Positions 41,528 through 53,853 of a stretch of DNA of 64,000 nt are shown here, piece by piece. The stretch lies in the NCBI GenBank assembly GCA_963705255.1, contig OY970061.1, positions 1,312,001 to 1,376,000 on the forward strand. The letters are read 5' to 3'. Made by a program: the position numbers and the translations under genes. The notes under the pieces are model-generated. The model made no database searches and had not been told where the DNA came from. It worked only from the letters and a program-made list of their open reading frames with translations. Source of the DNA: an uncultured Methanoregulaceae archaeon. Lineage in GTDB: Archaea; Halobacteriota; Methanomicrobia; Methanomicrobiales; Methanospirillaceae. The stretch's first letter is position 1. Every line of letters begins with the position of its first letter.

Positions 41528-42640
41528 TCATACCGGCAGCGGCATTTTTGTCGCTTCCAGGGTATCCTCGATCTCCCGGATGGTCGCGAGCTTCGCTTTT
41601 GTTGACGGGCCGACGGGCACCGCCTTGCAACCGGATGCTTTTGACGTAGACTCGGCAAATGTCCCGATCCCGCGTGCGATCGCCATTGTCTCCTCTTTGT
41701 CATACCCGATCAGGGGCCGGTAGATCGGGACTTCGGACGCTGCATCTGTGAGGACGAGAAGATTATCGAGCGTCTGGCTGGCCACCTGGCCAAGCGACTC
41801 CCCGGTAACGATCCCCTTGGCACCTGCCTGCCGTGCAAATGCTGTAGCCACCCTGTACATCCTCCGCTTGCAGAAGATGCAGGTGTATTTCTCAAGCTGC
41901 CTGCTGACCAGTTCCCGCTTTGCGGCCGCAAGGTACAAGTCCCGGATGACGGTCAGCCTGATGCCCGGCTGGTACGTTGCCAGGACATCCACGACTCGCT
42001 GTGCCCGGGCAACGGTAGTCTCGTCAAGGAAGGTATCGAGCGCGACGAAGAGCGGGATGATCCTGCACCCGCGCTTCATCATCATCCACGCGGCGACCGG
42101 CGAGTCGATACCCCCGGAGACGAGGGCGACAAGCGTCCCCTCGACCCCGAGCGGGAGGTCGCCGACCGCCTTTGTCACGGAGTCATAGAGATACGCCTCT
42201 TCTGCCCGGATTTCGATATGGATCTCCTTATCGGGTGTCGCAAGGTTCACTTTAAGGTGGGGGAACTCGTGCCGGAGGAGGTCACCGTATTCGATCGCCT
42301 TGTCATTGGAACTGAAGGTGTGTTTGCCCACCCTCCTGACACGGACTGCGAACGTTTTTGCCTCGTTCAGGCCGTGCCGCCGGCAGTAATCGGGAAGGTA
42401 CCATTCAATCTCCCTGAGATTGATGTGCTCCACCTCGGAGAACGAAACGATACCGAAGATCTTCTTCAGGAGTTCCGGCTTCACGTCACCGTCAAGCCAG
42501 ATCCTGCCCCGTTCGTTCCGTACGTGGATGCCGGGCATCACTTCGACGATATTTGCAATGAGTACGTTCTCCCACTGCCTCCGGACCGGATCTGATTTTA
42601 AGAAAATTTCAGAGTACCGCACAAGCCATTGTTTTTTCAT
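41528..42640 (-). CDS. thiI: tRNA 4-thiouridine synthase (THUMP + PP-loop, no rhodanese domain)
   Basis: RYSEIFLKS, SGGIDSPVA, CIFCKR, GESLGQVASQT, RPLIG.DK. Confidence 0.95.
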   Translation of the reverse strand: MKKQWLVRYSEIFLKSDPVRRQWENVLIANIVEVMPGIHVRNERGRIWLDGDVKPELLKKIFGIVSFSEVEHINLREIEWYLPDYCRRHGLNEAKTFAVRVRRVGKHTFSSNDKAIEYGDLLRHEFPHLKVNLATPDKEIHIEIRAEEAYLYDSVTKAVGDLPLGVEGTLVALVSGGIDSPVAAWMMMKRGCRIIPLFVALDTFLDETTVARAQRVVDVLATYQPGIRLTVIRDLYLAAAKRELVSRQLEKYTCIFCKRRMYRVATAFARQAGAKGIVTGESLGQVASQTLDNLLVLTDAASEVPIYRPLIGYDKEETMAIARGIGTFAESTSKASGCKAVPVGPSTKAKLATIREIEDTLEATKMPLPV

Positions 42641-42649
42641 GACGTCAAT

Positions 42650-42946
42650 TCACCAGAGGGTTTTTTTCTTTCTTGCCGTTTTCCTGACACGGTCAGCCTC
42701 GTCGGCGTCTTCGATCCCCAAGAGATAGGTGCCGTGGCAGGGTTTGGTGTACGGGAAGACGATCTTTCCGCTGTCAAGCCTGAGGGCGATCGGCGGGAGG
42801 CCAATGAGGTATTCATCGAAGATCTTGTAGCCGGGATCGACATACCAGACCTCGGCAAAATTCTTCTCCACGTACTCCCGGCACTCCCTGAAGGAGGCGC
42901 CGAGCGGGAGGATCATCTCGTACTTCAGGTTCTCGATGCAGCCCAT
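42650..42946 (-). CDS. DUF1894 family protein
   Basis: MGCIENL.YE, PGYKIFD..LIG.PPI, FPYTKPCHGT. Confidence 0.8.
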   Translation of the reverse strand: MGCIENLKYEMILPLGASFRECREYVEKNFAEVWYVDPGYKIFDEYLIGLPPIALRLDSGKIVFPYTKPCHGTYLLGIEDADEADRVRKTARKKKTLW

Positions 42947-43416
42947 CCGAACACCTCGTTGATCTTCATCTTCAACTGCATCGGGTTGTGGACCGCCTTG
43001 TCGACGATCTTCTCGCAGGGGAAGGTGATCGTCTCCTCAAGTACCTCGGGGGTTCTTCCGAATACGATCACAACGAGCCTGCTCTTCAGCAGAAGGTAAC
43101 TCATGGTCGCCGCGTACTGGATGGCTGCATCGTTGTGCGCAAACACCACGCAGAGGTCGCAGTCCCGCTTCTTTTTGACCACCTCTTCGATGCACTTCTC
43201 GAGCACCATCATCTTCGGGATGTAATGCTTCCCGGGATCCGAGACTTTGAGCAGGTTGAGCACCGAGGGGTTGCCGGTGGCAAGGACAACGGTTCCCCGC
43301 TTCTGCAGGTTGTGCGCCATGTACAGGGCGATTGCCATCTGCACCGGGACCTCGGGGCACCCGAGCAGGAGGATCGCGTTCTTTATGTCGTGCTGTGCCG
43401 GTTCTTCTGAAGTCAT
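42925..43416 (-). CDS. DUF1890 family protein
   Basis: LLGCPEVPVQ, GNPS...LL.VSDP.KHY, HNDA, AVHNP..L. Confidence 0.8.
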   Translation of the reverse strand: MTSEEPAQHDIKNAILLLGCPEVPVQMAIALYMAHNLQKRGTVVLATGNPSVLNLLKVSDPGKHYIPKMMVLEKCIEEVVKKKRDCDLCVVFAHNDAAIQYAATMSYLLLKSRLVVIVFGRTPEVLEETITFPCEKIVDKAVHNPMQLKMKINEVFGWAASRT

Positions 43417-43422
43417 ATCTTC

Positions 43423-43959
43423 TCACCAGTCGCTGTCTTCCCGGGGGTGCAGACCGGCGGCTCCTGCGCAGGTGTACTCCATATCCGCCTCCTTTATCGG
43501 GTGGTGACAGTACGGGCAGGTGAAATCGCATTCCGACCCCTCGTACGGGCAGATCGTCATGGAGAGATCCGCAAGCGGGTGTCCCTTGCCATGGATCTCG
43601 AACTCCTTGTACCAGCCGAACGGGGCCCGTTTTACGTCGATCGACTCTTTCCCGAGGGACTCCTCGAGCCCTTTCAGGATCGAGAGGGCGACCTGCGGTG
43701 ACCCGAGAGCTGTTGTCAGGTGGGCGTACGGGTAGATCATCACCCGGTCCACCTTCAGCCTGGCCAGGCGCGCCATCACATTTTTCGTGGCGCTTGCAAT
43801 CACATGCGCCGGGTTCTTCTCATCCAGTTTCTCTACGCAGCAGAAGAGGACAACGCAGTCCTTCATGCTATCTTCGCGGGCACCGACCGGTTCTGCCATC
43901 TTCGTCTCCCGGGCGGCGTAGTACCACATGGAATCGGCATGGATCGAGAGTATCCTCAC
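43423..43959 (-). CDS. stand-alone archaeal-type ThrRS editing domain with Cys-rich tail
   Basis: [24 protein letters not shown]....KGHPLA. Confidence 0.88.
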   Translation of the reverse strand: MRILSIHADSMWYYAARETKMAEPVGAREDSMKDCVVLFCCVEKLDEKNPAHVIASATKNVMARLARLKVDRVMIYPYAHLTTALGSPQVALSILKGLEESLGKESIDVKRAPFGWYKEFEIHGKGHPLADLSMTICPYEGSECDFTCPYCHHPIKEADMEYTCAGAAGLHPREDSDW

Positions 43960-45436
43960 GGGTTCCCCTCCCGACCAGGATACTGATCGCATCGCTCGTG
44001 ATCAGCCCGACAACCCCGTTTTCTCCGTCAACGACCGGCAGTGCCGAGATCGCGTGCTCTTCCATCTTCTTTGCCGCCGCTTCGATGGGTTCATCAGAAG
44101 TCGTAGTGATGACGTTGCGGGACATGATCTCGTCCAGCCAGAGGAAGTTGGATGCAACCGCTTTTGCGATATCCCATGAGGTGACAATTCCCACGAGCTG
44201 TCCCCCACCCGAGAGGACCGGCAGGTGGTTGACGCCGGTATGGATCATACGCCGGGCTGTTACGGCAATCGTCGTCCCTTCCTCGATTGTCTGGACGTCC
44301 CGGGCCATCACATCGCTGACAACTGTGCTGGAAAGGAACTTCCCGACAAGGTAGTTGATCTGGCCGGACTCAAGGAGGAACGCGTCATGCCCGTAGTTGG
44401 AGCGGATCTCGCAGTAATGGACCTCGGCCTCGTTTGCGGTCAGCGCCGAGACGATCTCCTGCGACTGGTACGGAGGGTAGAGCCAGTCGGAGGATACCGA
44501 GATCACCAGGAACGCTGCTTTTACCCCGGAAAGGCCCGTGGTGAGCGATCCGTCCTTTGTCAGGTCGAAATAGTCGATCGCCTTGGTGATGTACAGGTAG
44601 GAGTTGGCATCGAACCGTTTCGTGAACGTGTCCCCCTGGTGATGGAGGTAGCTCTCTACCTTGAAATCCGTGGAGAAGTCAAACCCGATCCGGTCCTTTC
44701 CCTGCAGGGCCCTCCCGAACTTCTCGTGCATGGACTCGTTGGAGAGGTAGGTGATATGCCCGACCATCCTCGCGAGAGCAAGGCCGTGGATCGGGAGCGT
44801 CTTCCCGTAATAGTCACCATGGTTCCAGTGCGGATCGGAGATGATCGCTTTCCTGCCCACTTCATTGAAGGCGATCTGCTGGGGTGTCGAGTATCCCGAC
44901 GTGGCGATCACGACCGCTTTTCTGACCGTCCCCGGGTACGAGACCGTCCACTGCAGGACCTGCATGCCGCCCATCGATCCGCCGGCAACCGCATAGAGCT
45001 GGACGATACCGAGATGATCGATGAGCAGCTTCTGGGCATTCACCACGTCCCTGACCGTGATGACCGGGAACGTTATGCCGTAGGGTTTTCCCGTTGCAGG
45101 GTTGACGGAAGACGGCCCTGTCGAACCCTTGCAGCCACCGATAATATTTGAACAGATCACAAAATACCGGTCGGTGTCGAACGCCTTACCGGGACCAACG
45201 ACGGCATCCCACCAGCCGGGTTTCTGATCACCCTCGTGGAACCCGGCAATGTGGGCATCACCTGAAAGGGCGTGACAGATCAAAACGGCATTGCTCCTCT
45301 CTTTGTTGAGCCTGCCATAGGTCTCGTAGGCGAGGGTAAGCGAGGGGAGGGTTTCCCCGCTTTCCAGTACAAGCGGGGAGGGATGACGATAATACTGCGT
45401 TGTTATAAGTCCCACGGAACCTTTGATCATCGACAC
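43868..45436 (-). CDS. metX: homoserine O-acetyltransferase with C-terminal CBS pair (true stop may be near 43956 if one C is missing)
   Basis: [32 protein letters not shown], two CBS repeats. Confidence 0.93.
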   Translation of the reverse strand: MSMIKGSVGLITTQYYRHPSPLVLESGETLPSLTLAYETYGRLNKERSNAVLICHALSGDAHIAGFHEGDQKPGWWDAVVGPGKAFDTDRYFVICSNIIGGCKGSTGPSSVNPATGKPYGITFPVITVRDVVNAQKLLIDHLGIVQLYAVAGGSMGGMQVLQWTVSYPGTVRKAVVIATSGYSTPQQIAFNEVGRKAIISDPHWNHGDYYGKTLPIHGLALARMVGHITYLSNESMHEKFGRALQGKDRIGFDFSTDFKVESYLHHQGDTFTKRFDANSYLYITKAIDYFDLTKDGSLTTGLSGVKAAFLVISVSSDWLYPPYQSQEIVSALTANEAEVHYCEIRSNYGHDAFLLESGQINYLVGKFLSSTVVSDVMARDVQTIEEGTTIAVTARRMIHTGVNHLPVLSGGGQLVGIVTSWDIAKAVASNFLWLDEIMSRNVITTTSDEPIEAAAKKMEEHAISALPVVDGENGVVGLITSDAISILVGRGTREDTLDPCRFHVVLRRPGDEDGRTGRCPRR

Positions 45437-45515
45437 ACCCCGTGTCGTACCTGGGTGAGTTCTGCAAGGATATCCCGGATGTCCTTAAAACTAAGGGGCC
45501 GGAAGGTAGTGTGCT

Positions 45516-48343
<2,828 letters not shown>

Positions 48344-48344
48344 G

Positions 48345-48673
48345 GTGTTTCTCCTCATCGTAGTCCTGATGGACCAACCGGAAGTCGAAGGTTCGGCTTC
48401 GCCTCCCTCTTCTTACTTGTAGTTCGGACGAAACTTTTCGGGTTCGAAAAAGTGCTGCGCACTTCTTCTCATCCTCAAGATGCTGACATCTTTCTGAAAG
48501 TCGAAGATTACTTCGTAAATCTTCTCCTCATCGTGGTTCTGATGAACCACTCTGATTTCAAAGAACTGGTGCGCAGTCCTTCTCGTTGTCGAGGTCCCGA
48601 TGGACCTCCCGCAGTTCGAAGAAATGCATCGCATTTCTTCTCATCCTCGAGGCGCTCCGCGCCTCTTCGGAAA
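48345..48673 (-). repeat. tandem array (~5.5 units, period 57-59 nt) of a GA-flanked double-hairpin module; candidate structured RNA
   Basis: Anchor TCGAA/TCAAA on + strand at 48385, 48444, 48501, 48558, 48616; each unit has two hairpins with different but complementary stems. Confidence 0.85.
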
Positions 48674-48744
48674 AGCCATGACCCGGAGTCGAACCGGGAT
48701 CCGCTGATCTGCAGTCAGCCGCGTGGCCGTTCCGCCATCATGGC
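48674..48744 (-). tRNA. tRNA-Cys(GCA), copy 1
   Basis: GCCATGA/TCATGGC acceptor, GCTGA-CTGCAGA-TCAGC, CCCGG-TTCGACT-CCGGG, U73, G37. Confidence 0.96.
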
Positions 48745-48757
48745 ACCTTTGTCTGGA

Positions 48758-48808
48758 TTCACGATTGTGAATCTGACTATACTAGATAACAATTGTGAAT
48801 ATTTATAA
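48758..48808 (-). promoter_or_regulatory. tRNA-Cys1/pscS promoter (TTATAAAT) with two downstream palindromic operator candidates
   Basis: TATA at 48801-48808 on minus; TAACAATTGTGAA 48787-48799; TTCACGATTGTGAA 48758-48771. Confidence 0.65.
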
Positions 48809-48988
48809 GTTCGGTCATCGGCAGAATTTTCCTGATCCTGTTCTCATGTCGTGAATTTTCTTTGGTTTCAGGTTCCAAGGTCTTCTCTGGGAATGATCAT
48901 CGGGAAAGGCAGGCCGGACGCGCCAACAAGCATGACAGGAGATGTGATGGGCAGAAAAATTAATGCAGAAAGACGGTGAGCAAAAACA

Positions 48989-49035
48989 AGGAGAGAATCA
49001 TCCTCTCCTCATCATGGTTCTGATGAACCGCTCGT
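48989..49035 (-). repeat. single double-hairpin unit directly 3' of tRNA-Cys copy 2
   Basis: Minus strand GA-GCGGTTC-ATCA-GAACCAT-GATGAG-GAGAG...CTCTC. Confidence 0.7.
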
Positions 49036-49037
49036 AG

Positions 49038-49108
49038 AGCCAACGCCCGGAATCGAACCGGGATACGCTGATCTGCAGTCAGCCGCGTAGCCTTTCCGCC
49101 ACATTGGC
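49038..49108 (-). tRNA. tRNA-Cys(GCA), copy 2
   Basis: GCCAATG/CGTTGGC acceptor, same anticodon arm as copy 1, CCCGG-TTCGATT-CCGGG. Confidence 0.96.
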
Positions 49109-49227
49109 ACCTGTTCCGGCGATTGTTGTCGCCATACCATAGTAAGACGGGGGATATTTAGAGGCTGATCTGTGGGCGGGATTTGCCGCAAATCCGGGTT
49201 GGGGGGCTTTGCCCGTGAATGCCGGAT

Positions 49228-49312
49228 CAGGTCCAGATGAACCACTCTGGAAGCAGAAGGTTCGCCTTCGCCTCCCTTCTCATCCTCGAGGTGCTGCGCA
49301 CCTCATCGGAAA
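49228..49312 (-). repeat. ~1.5 units of the double-hairpin module upstream of tRNA-Cys copy 2
   Basis: TTCCGAT-GAGGTGC-GCA-GCACCTC-GAGGATGAGAAGG...CCTTC...GAGTGGTTCATC. Confidence 0.78.
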
Positions 49313-49322
49313 CCGAAATACT

Positions 49323-49335
49323 TAACAATTGTGAA
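49323..49335. promoter_or_regulatory. third operator candidate, upstream of the HTH gene
   Basis: Exact 13-nt repeat TAACAATTGTGAA of 48787-48799. Confidence 0.6.
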
Positions 49336-49390
49336 CTTCCATTCCATAATGGTGATCCACTATGAGGGATCGTTTTTGTCGTAACCACCA

Positions 49391-49644
49391 ATGAGAATAG
49401 CACCATACGAAGGATCGGGCACCTGCCGCCATCGGCAAAGCTCGTGTACAAAGTGCTTGAACACGGCGGCCAGCTGACCCAGAAGGATCTCATCCGCGAG
49501 ACCTCCCTGCCTTCCAGGACCGTGCGCTATGCATTGAACCGGCTGAAGGCAGAACAGATCCTTGTCGAGCGCTATTATTTCAGTGACGCCCGGCAGAGCC
49601 TGTACGGCCTGAACCCGCCACGCCAGGAGGTGGTTGCCGTATGA
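49391..49644 (+). CDS. small MarR-like wHTH regulator (apparent 1-nt deletion near 49410)
   Basis: LPPSAKLVYKVLE..GQLTQKDLIRETSLPSRTVRYALNRL; ATG 49391 joins this frame if one A is restored. Confidence 0.8.
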
Positions 49645-49850
49645 TGCGGCCTCACATGCGTCCTGCAGGCATGACATTCCTGTACCCCCCGGTGCGGTGC
49701 TGAACACGGTACAGGAATTCTCCTTATCCATCTTTTTTAAACTGCATGTATCATCAGCAAAAGATTTGTGAAATGGGCGTTCTCCCGTAAAATCCCCGGT
49801 TTTTTTGCAACCATCAAAGGCCAAATAACGCGGAGGGCGATGGATGCCTG

Positions 49851-50270
49851 CTAAGTCGGGCCATTTCCGAAGCTTGCATCAATCCACCGGATGATCTCGT
49901 CCCGCACCTGCCGGAACCCGGCCCGGACTTCCTCATCGGAGCCGGTGAATGCCGAAGGGTCCGGAAATCCCTGGTGAATTTCCTCCTTTGCGCCGGGAAA
50001 GAACGGACACGCTTTCTGTGCAGAATCGCAGACCGTGACAACCGTCTCAATTCCCTTCCCGTAATGTTCATCGATGAGCTTCGAGCGGTGGCTTGAGATG
50101 TCGATCCCGATCTCCTTCATCACCTCGATTGCCATCGGGTGGACCCGTCCTGGTTCGGTCCCGCCGCTGAATACCTCGTAGCGGTCACCGTACTTTTCCT
50201 TCATGTACCCCTCCGCTATCTGTGAGCGGGCGGAGTTGTGGGCGCAGATGAACAGGATCTTCTTTTTCAT
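49851..50270 (-). CDS. arsC: arsenate reductase (LMW-PTP type)
   Basis: LFICAHNSARSQIAE, TVCD, CPFFPG, FPDP. Confidence 0.93.
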   Translation of the reverse strand: MKKKILFICAHNSARSQIAEGYMKEKYGDRYEVFSGGTEPGRVHPMAIEVMKEIGIDISSHRSKLIDEHYGKGIETVVTVCDSAQKACPFFPGAKEEIHQGFPDPSAFTGSDEEVRAGFRQVRDEIIRWIDASFGNGPT

Positions 50271-50288
50271 GATTACACCAGTATCATT

Positions 50289-51365
50289 TCAGCGCAGCGA
50301 TGGGCTGCACGTACCGTCACTCTTTCCGCCATACCATTTCTTCCTGAGCCAGAGCGAGACGTTCACCAGCCCGATCAGTACCGGCACTTCGACGAGAGGG
50401 CCGATCACCGTGGCAAATGCCGCCGGTGATGCGATACCAAAGACGGCAATGGCGACTGCAATCGCAAGTTCGAAGTTGTTGGACGCAGCGGTGAAGGAGA
50501 GCGAAGCCGACTTCTGGTAATCGACCCCGAGACGGTGGGCCATCCAGAAGCTTGCAAAGAACATGATGACAAAGTAGCAGAGCAACGGGATCGCGACCCG
50601 TACCACATCGAACGGGACGTTCACGATGTACTCTCCCTTGAGGGAGAACATGACGATGATGGTGAAGAGCAGGGCAATAAGGGTGATCGGCGAGATCTTC
50701 GGGATGAAGACCTGCTCGTACCATGCCTTCGACTTTACGCGGAGGAGCGCGTACCGGGTGACCATACCGGCAATGAAGGGGATGCCGAGATAGATGAAGA
50801 CGCTCCCGGCAATCTGGACGATCGTGATCGAGACTGTTGAGCCGGCCCCGATGCCGAGCAGAGGCGGCAGGAACGTGATGAAGAACCAGGCATAGACGGA
50901 GTAGAAGAAGACCTGGAAGACCGAGTTCAGTCCCACGATTGCGGCGCAGTACTCACAATCTCCTTCAGCGAGATCGTTCCAGACGATCACCATCGCGATG
51001 CAGCGGGCGATGCCGACGAGAATCAGGCCGTACATGAGCATCGGCTGGTCGCGGAGGAAGACGATGGCAAGGACAAACATCAGGACCGGCCCGACAATCC
51101 AGTTCTGGACGAGCGAGAGCCCGAGGATTTTTGTGTTCTGGAATATTTTCGTGAGTTCCTCGTACTTCACTTTCGCGAGCGGCGGGTACATCATGAGGAT
51201 GAGGCCTATCGCTATCGGGATCGAGGTTGTACCGATCGAGAGACCGGTGATGAGTGCCGGTACTGCGGGCGAAAAGTACCCGATGCCGATACCGGCTGCC
51301 ATGGCAAGGAAGATCCAGAGGGTCAGGTAACGGTCGAGGAACGAGAGGTGTCTGGTGGTTTCCAT
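50289..51365 (-). CDS. acr3: ACR3 arsenite efflux transporter
   Basis: [45 protein letters not shown]. Confidence 0.95.
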   Translation of the reverse strand: METTRHLSFLDRYLTLWIFLAMAAGIGIGYFSPAVPALITGLSIGTTSIPIAIGLILMMYPPLAKVKYEELTKIFQNTKILGLSLVQNWIVGPVLMFVLAIVFLRDQPMLMYGLILVGIARCIAMVIVWNDLAEGDCEYCAAIVGLNSVFQVFFYSVYAWFFITFLPPLLGIGAGSTVSITIVQIAGSVFIYLGIPFIAGMVTRYALLRVKSKAWYEQVFIPKISPITLIALLFTIIVMFSLKGEYIVNVPFDVVRVAIPLLCYFVIMFFASFWMAHRLGVDYQKSASLSFTAASNNFELAIAVAIAVFGIASPAAFATVIGPLVEVPVLIGLVNVSLWLRKKWYGGKSDGTCSPSLR

Positions 51366-51376
51366 AGGTATCATCT

Positions 51377-51811
51377 TTACAGGATCTTCTCAAGGATATC
51401 TGCAGCATCCCGGACGAGCGGCATGCATTTCGTAACGAAGAGTCCGTTATCGCGTGCCCGTGCAAATTCTTCCGGGTTGCCAAGATTGTAGCCGAGCAGT
51501 TCCGTGCAGTTGATCGAGCCATTCTTCTCAGTAAACCCGTGGATGAACTGCCGGACAAGGGCCCGCGTCTTCTCGGTTGCGACATCGTCGTCCGCTACGG
51601 TCTTCCCATATTTCAGCCCGATCACCAGGATTGCTCCGGATACGGCCCCGCAGATATTGCCAGTCTTCGAGATCCCGGCGCCGAAGCCGCACGCAATCTT
51701 TTTTGCCGTATCAGGGTCCAGGCCCAGATCTTCGGAAAATGCTGAAAATACTGCAGCAGAACAAGTGAACCTCTTCCCGTAACTGGCCACTGCTTCATCA
51801 GATTTTGTCAT
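51377..51811 (-). CDS. C-GCAxxG-C-C family redox protein
   Basis: [27 protein letters not shown]. Confidence 0.9.
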   Translation of the reverse strand: MTKSDEAVASYGKRFTCSAAVFSAFSEDLGLDPDTAKKIACGFGAGISKTGNICGAVSGAILVIGLKYGKTVADDDVATEKTRALVRQFIHGFTEKNGSINCTELLGYNLGNPEEFARARDNGLFVTKCMPLVRDAADILEKIL

Positions 51812-51835
51812 GGCACATTTCTCCGTATCAGTAAA

Positions 51836-52796
51836 TTATCCCAGTATCGCATTAAACAAATACCCCGTCAGCGTGAACGAGACGAACAGGATCCCTGCGA
51901 AGATCAGGATCAGCTTGATCTTGATCACTTTTCTCAGGATGACCATCTCCGGCAGGGACAGCCCGATGACCGACATCATGAACGCGAGCGCCGTGCCCAC
52001 CGCCATACCTTTTGCCGTGAGCACCTGCATGATCGGGATCATGCCCGCCGCGTTCGAGTAAAGCGGGACGCCGATAAGCACTGCAATGGGGACAGCGAGC
52101 GGGTTGCCGGGTCCCGCGAACGAGACCAGGAAATCTGCCGGTGCATACCCGTGGATGATCGCACCGATCGCGATACCGATGGCGATGTAGGGAAATACCG
52201 TAAGAGTGATGCTCTTCGATTCGCCGATGGCAAAAGCAATCCGCTCCCACCACGTCATCGGCTTATCGGCCTGGTCGTGCATCTTGCATTTCCAGACAAA
52301 CTCCTCGACCTCACCCTCCAGGTGAAGGCGCCCGATGATGATGCCAGCCACAATCGCAATGATGAGTCCGGAGACGATGTAGATGAGCGCAATCTGCCAG
52401 CCGAACATTGCAAGCAGCATTGCGGCTGCCACCTCGTTGATGAGCGGAGATGCGATCAGGAACGAGAATGTGATACCGAGCGGTACACCGCTTTCAACAA
52501 AACCGATGAAGAGCGGAACAGCCGAGCAGGAGCAGAACGGCGTGGGGATCCCAAGAAGTGCAGCGAGCACGTTGCCGACTCCTTCCGTCCGGCCCGCCAC
52601 CAACTTCTTCACCTTCTGCGGGGTGATGAACGAACGGACTATGGCTACCCCAAAGACCACTACGGCAAGCAGCAGCGAAACCCAGAATGATGTCGTTGAC
52701 AAAGAAGTTCACGGACGAGGCGAGGGGACTGCCCTGTGCAAGCCCGAGGACCGAGTAGGTCACCCAGTCGGCGAAGAGTTGTAAATAATTCTGCAT
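51836..52796 (-). CDS. ArsP/DUF318 permease, frameshift near 52688
   Basis: TPFCSCSAVPLF, ASPLINE, GVPLYSN, LSLPE; N-terminus is in the ORF starting at 52796. Confidence 0.85.
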
Positions 52797-52800
52797 AGTG

Positions 52801-53490
52801 TTATCCTCCGGTTATTTTCTGATCGATAATTTTCTCCATCTCGTCCGTGAATGGTTTCACCCGTGCACCTGCTTCGGGGGATACTTCGTTGATAGCTTTC
52901 ACGAGGTCCCGGATATGGAGCAGCCCGGATATCTCCTTGTCACAGGTCTTGCCGAACCGGGGCGCCCGGCAGAAGTGGCAGATCCGGAGACCGTAGTGCT
53001 GGAGCTGTTCAGGACTCACCTTGGTCCCGTGTAGTTCCGCACTTGCCGCAACGGTCGAACCGCAGGGCGATCCTCGCATGACCCGGACGCTGTCGATGGT
53101 CCCGTCCTCTTGAATCATAACCTCGAATGAAGGCCGTCCGAAGACTTTTGCAAACTCGTTGATCTCCGGTACCCAGGTATTGTCTTCAAGCGAGCACATC
53201 GTCAGGGGTGCAATAATATTCTCGTTGATCCCCTTTGCCTGCCGGAGGAACCCGGGGCCGAAACTGACCCCGAGGATTACCGGTTTCTGCTTCTCGATGA
53301 TCGCGAGGGCGACGTCCGGGTGGCGGACGTAGGAGATGTAGAGATCGCACTCCGGAAGATCGAGTTCGATGTCATCCACCATTATCGCCTGCGGGAACGG
53401 GGCCATGATCCATTCGGTCGGGAACCGTTCCCTGATTACCTCAAAGGCCCGGTCACCGAACTTCCCATCGCTGACAATACCAATCTTCAC
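52801..53490 (-). CDS. DUF166 family protein
   Basis: DGKFGDRA, HPD, MCSL, FGRP, RGSPCGST, HFCRA. Confidence 0.8.
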   Translation of the reverse strand: MKIGIVSDGKFGDRAFEVIRERFPTEWIMAPFPQAIMVDDIELDLPECDLYISYVRHPDVALAIIEKQKPVILGVSFGPGFLRQAKGINENIIAPLTMCSLEDNTWVPEINEFAKVFGRPSFEVMIQEDGTIDSVRVMRGSPCGSTVAASAELHGTKVSPEQLQHYGLRICHFCRAPRFGKTCDKEISGLLHIRDLVKAINEVSPEAGARVKPFTDEMEKIIDQKITGG

Positions 53491-53834
53491 GGGGATCCCC
53501 CATTGTCCGTAATAGCATGGATGACTTTCTCAATCTCTTCGTACTGCACATCCGCCATCCCGTTCTTCTGGATGCCCAGTTCGGTTGCGATGATATGGCG
53601 ATGGGGAGTGAGGCAGGATTTTGCAAGTTTCTTTGTCGCACAACAATCCGTGCACCCGTCGATCACGATCACCTGTTCGGCATCACCGGCTTCCGCTTCG
53701 AGCGTTGCGGCAGACTGCTTGGCATGCATCCACATGTACTGGCCCGGCTTTCGCTGGAGAAGGATCTGGGCCACCTGTGTGGTGAGCTTTCCGGTATTCG
53801 AGATGCCGGAGCATGTCACAAGTGCGAAGGTCAT
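53487..53834 (-). CDS. DGC-domain putative zinc-binding protein
   Basis: TCSGISNTGKLT, IDGCTDCCA. Confidence 0.85.
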   Translation of the reverse strand: MTFALVTCSGISNTGKLTTQVAQILLQRKPGQYMWMHAKQSAATLEAEAGDAEQVIVIDGCTDCCATKKLAKSCLTPHRHIIATELGIQKNGMADVQYEEIEKVIHAITDNGGSP

Positions 53835-53853
53835 TTCAGAACCCGAGGATGTT

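Noticed and set aside
48413-48634. 73-aa ORF across the array, and the 549-aa + strand ORF 47159..48808
   Set aside because: The period is not a constant multiple of 3, there is no protein motif, and the long ORF is antisense to pscS and a tRNA.
48345-48673. CRISPR array interpretation of the periodic region
   Set aside because: No identical direct repeats; the variable parts are self-complementary hairpins rather than spacers; no cas operon.
48345-49312. Hammerhead ribozyme (GATGA-stem-GAA resembles the core)
   Set aside because: The complete CUGANGA and GAAA core with stems I and III is not present. CTGATGA on the + strand sits inside its own hairpin.
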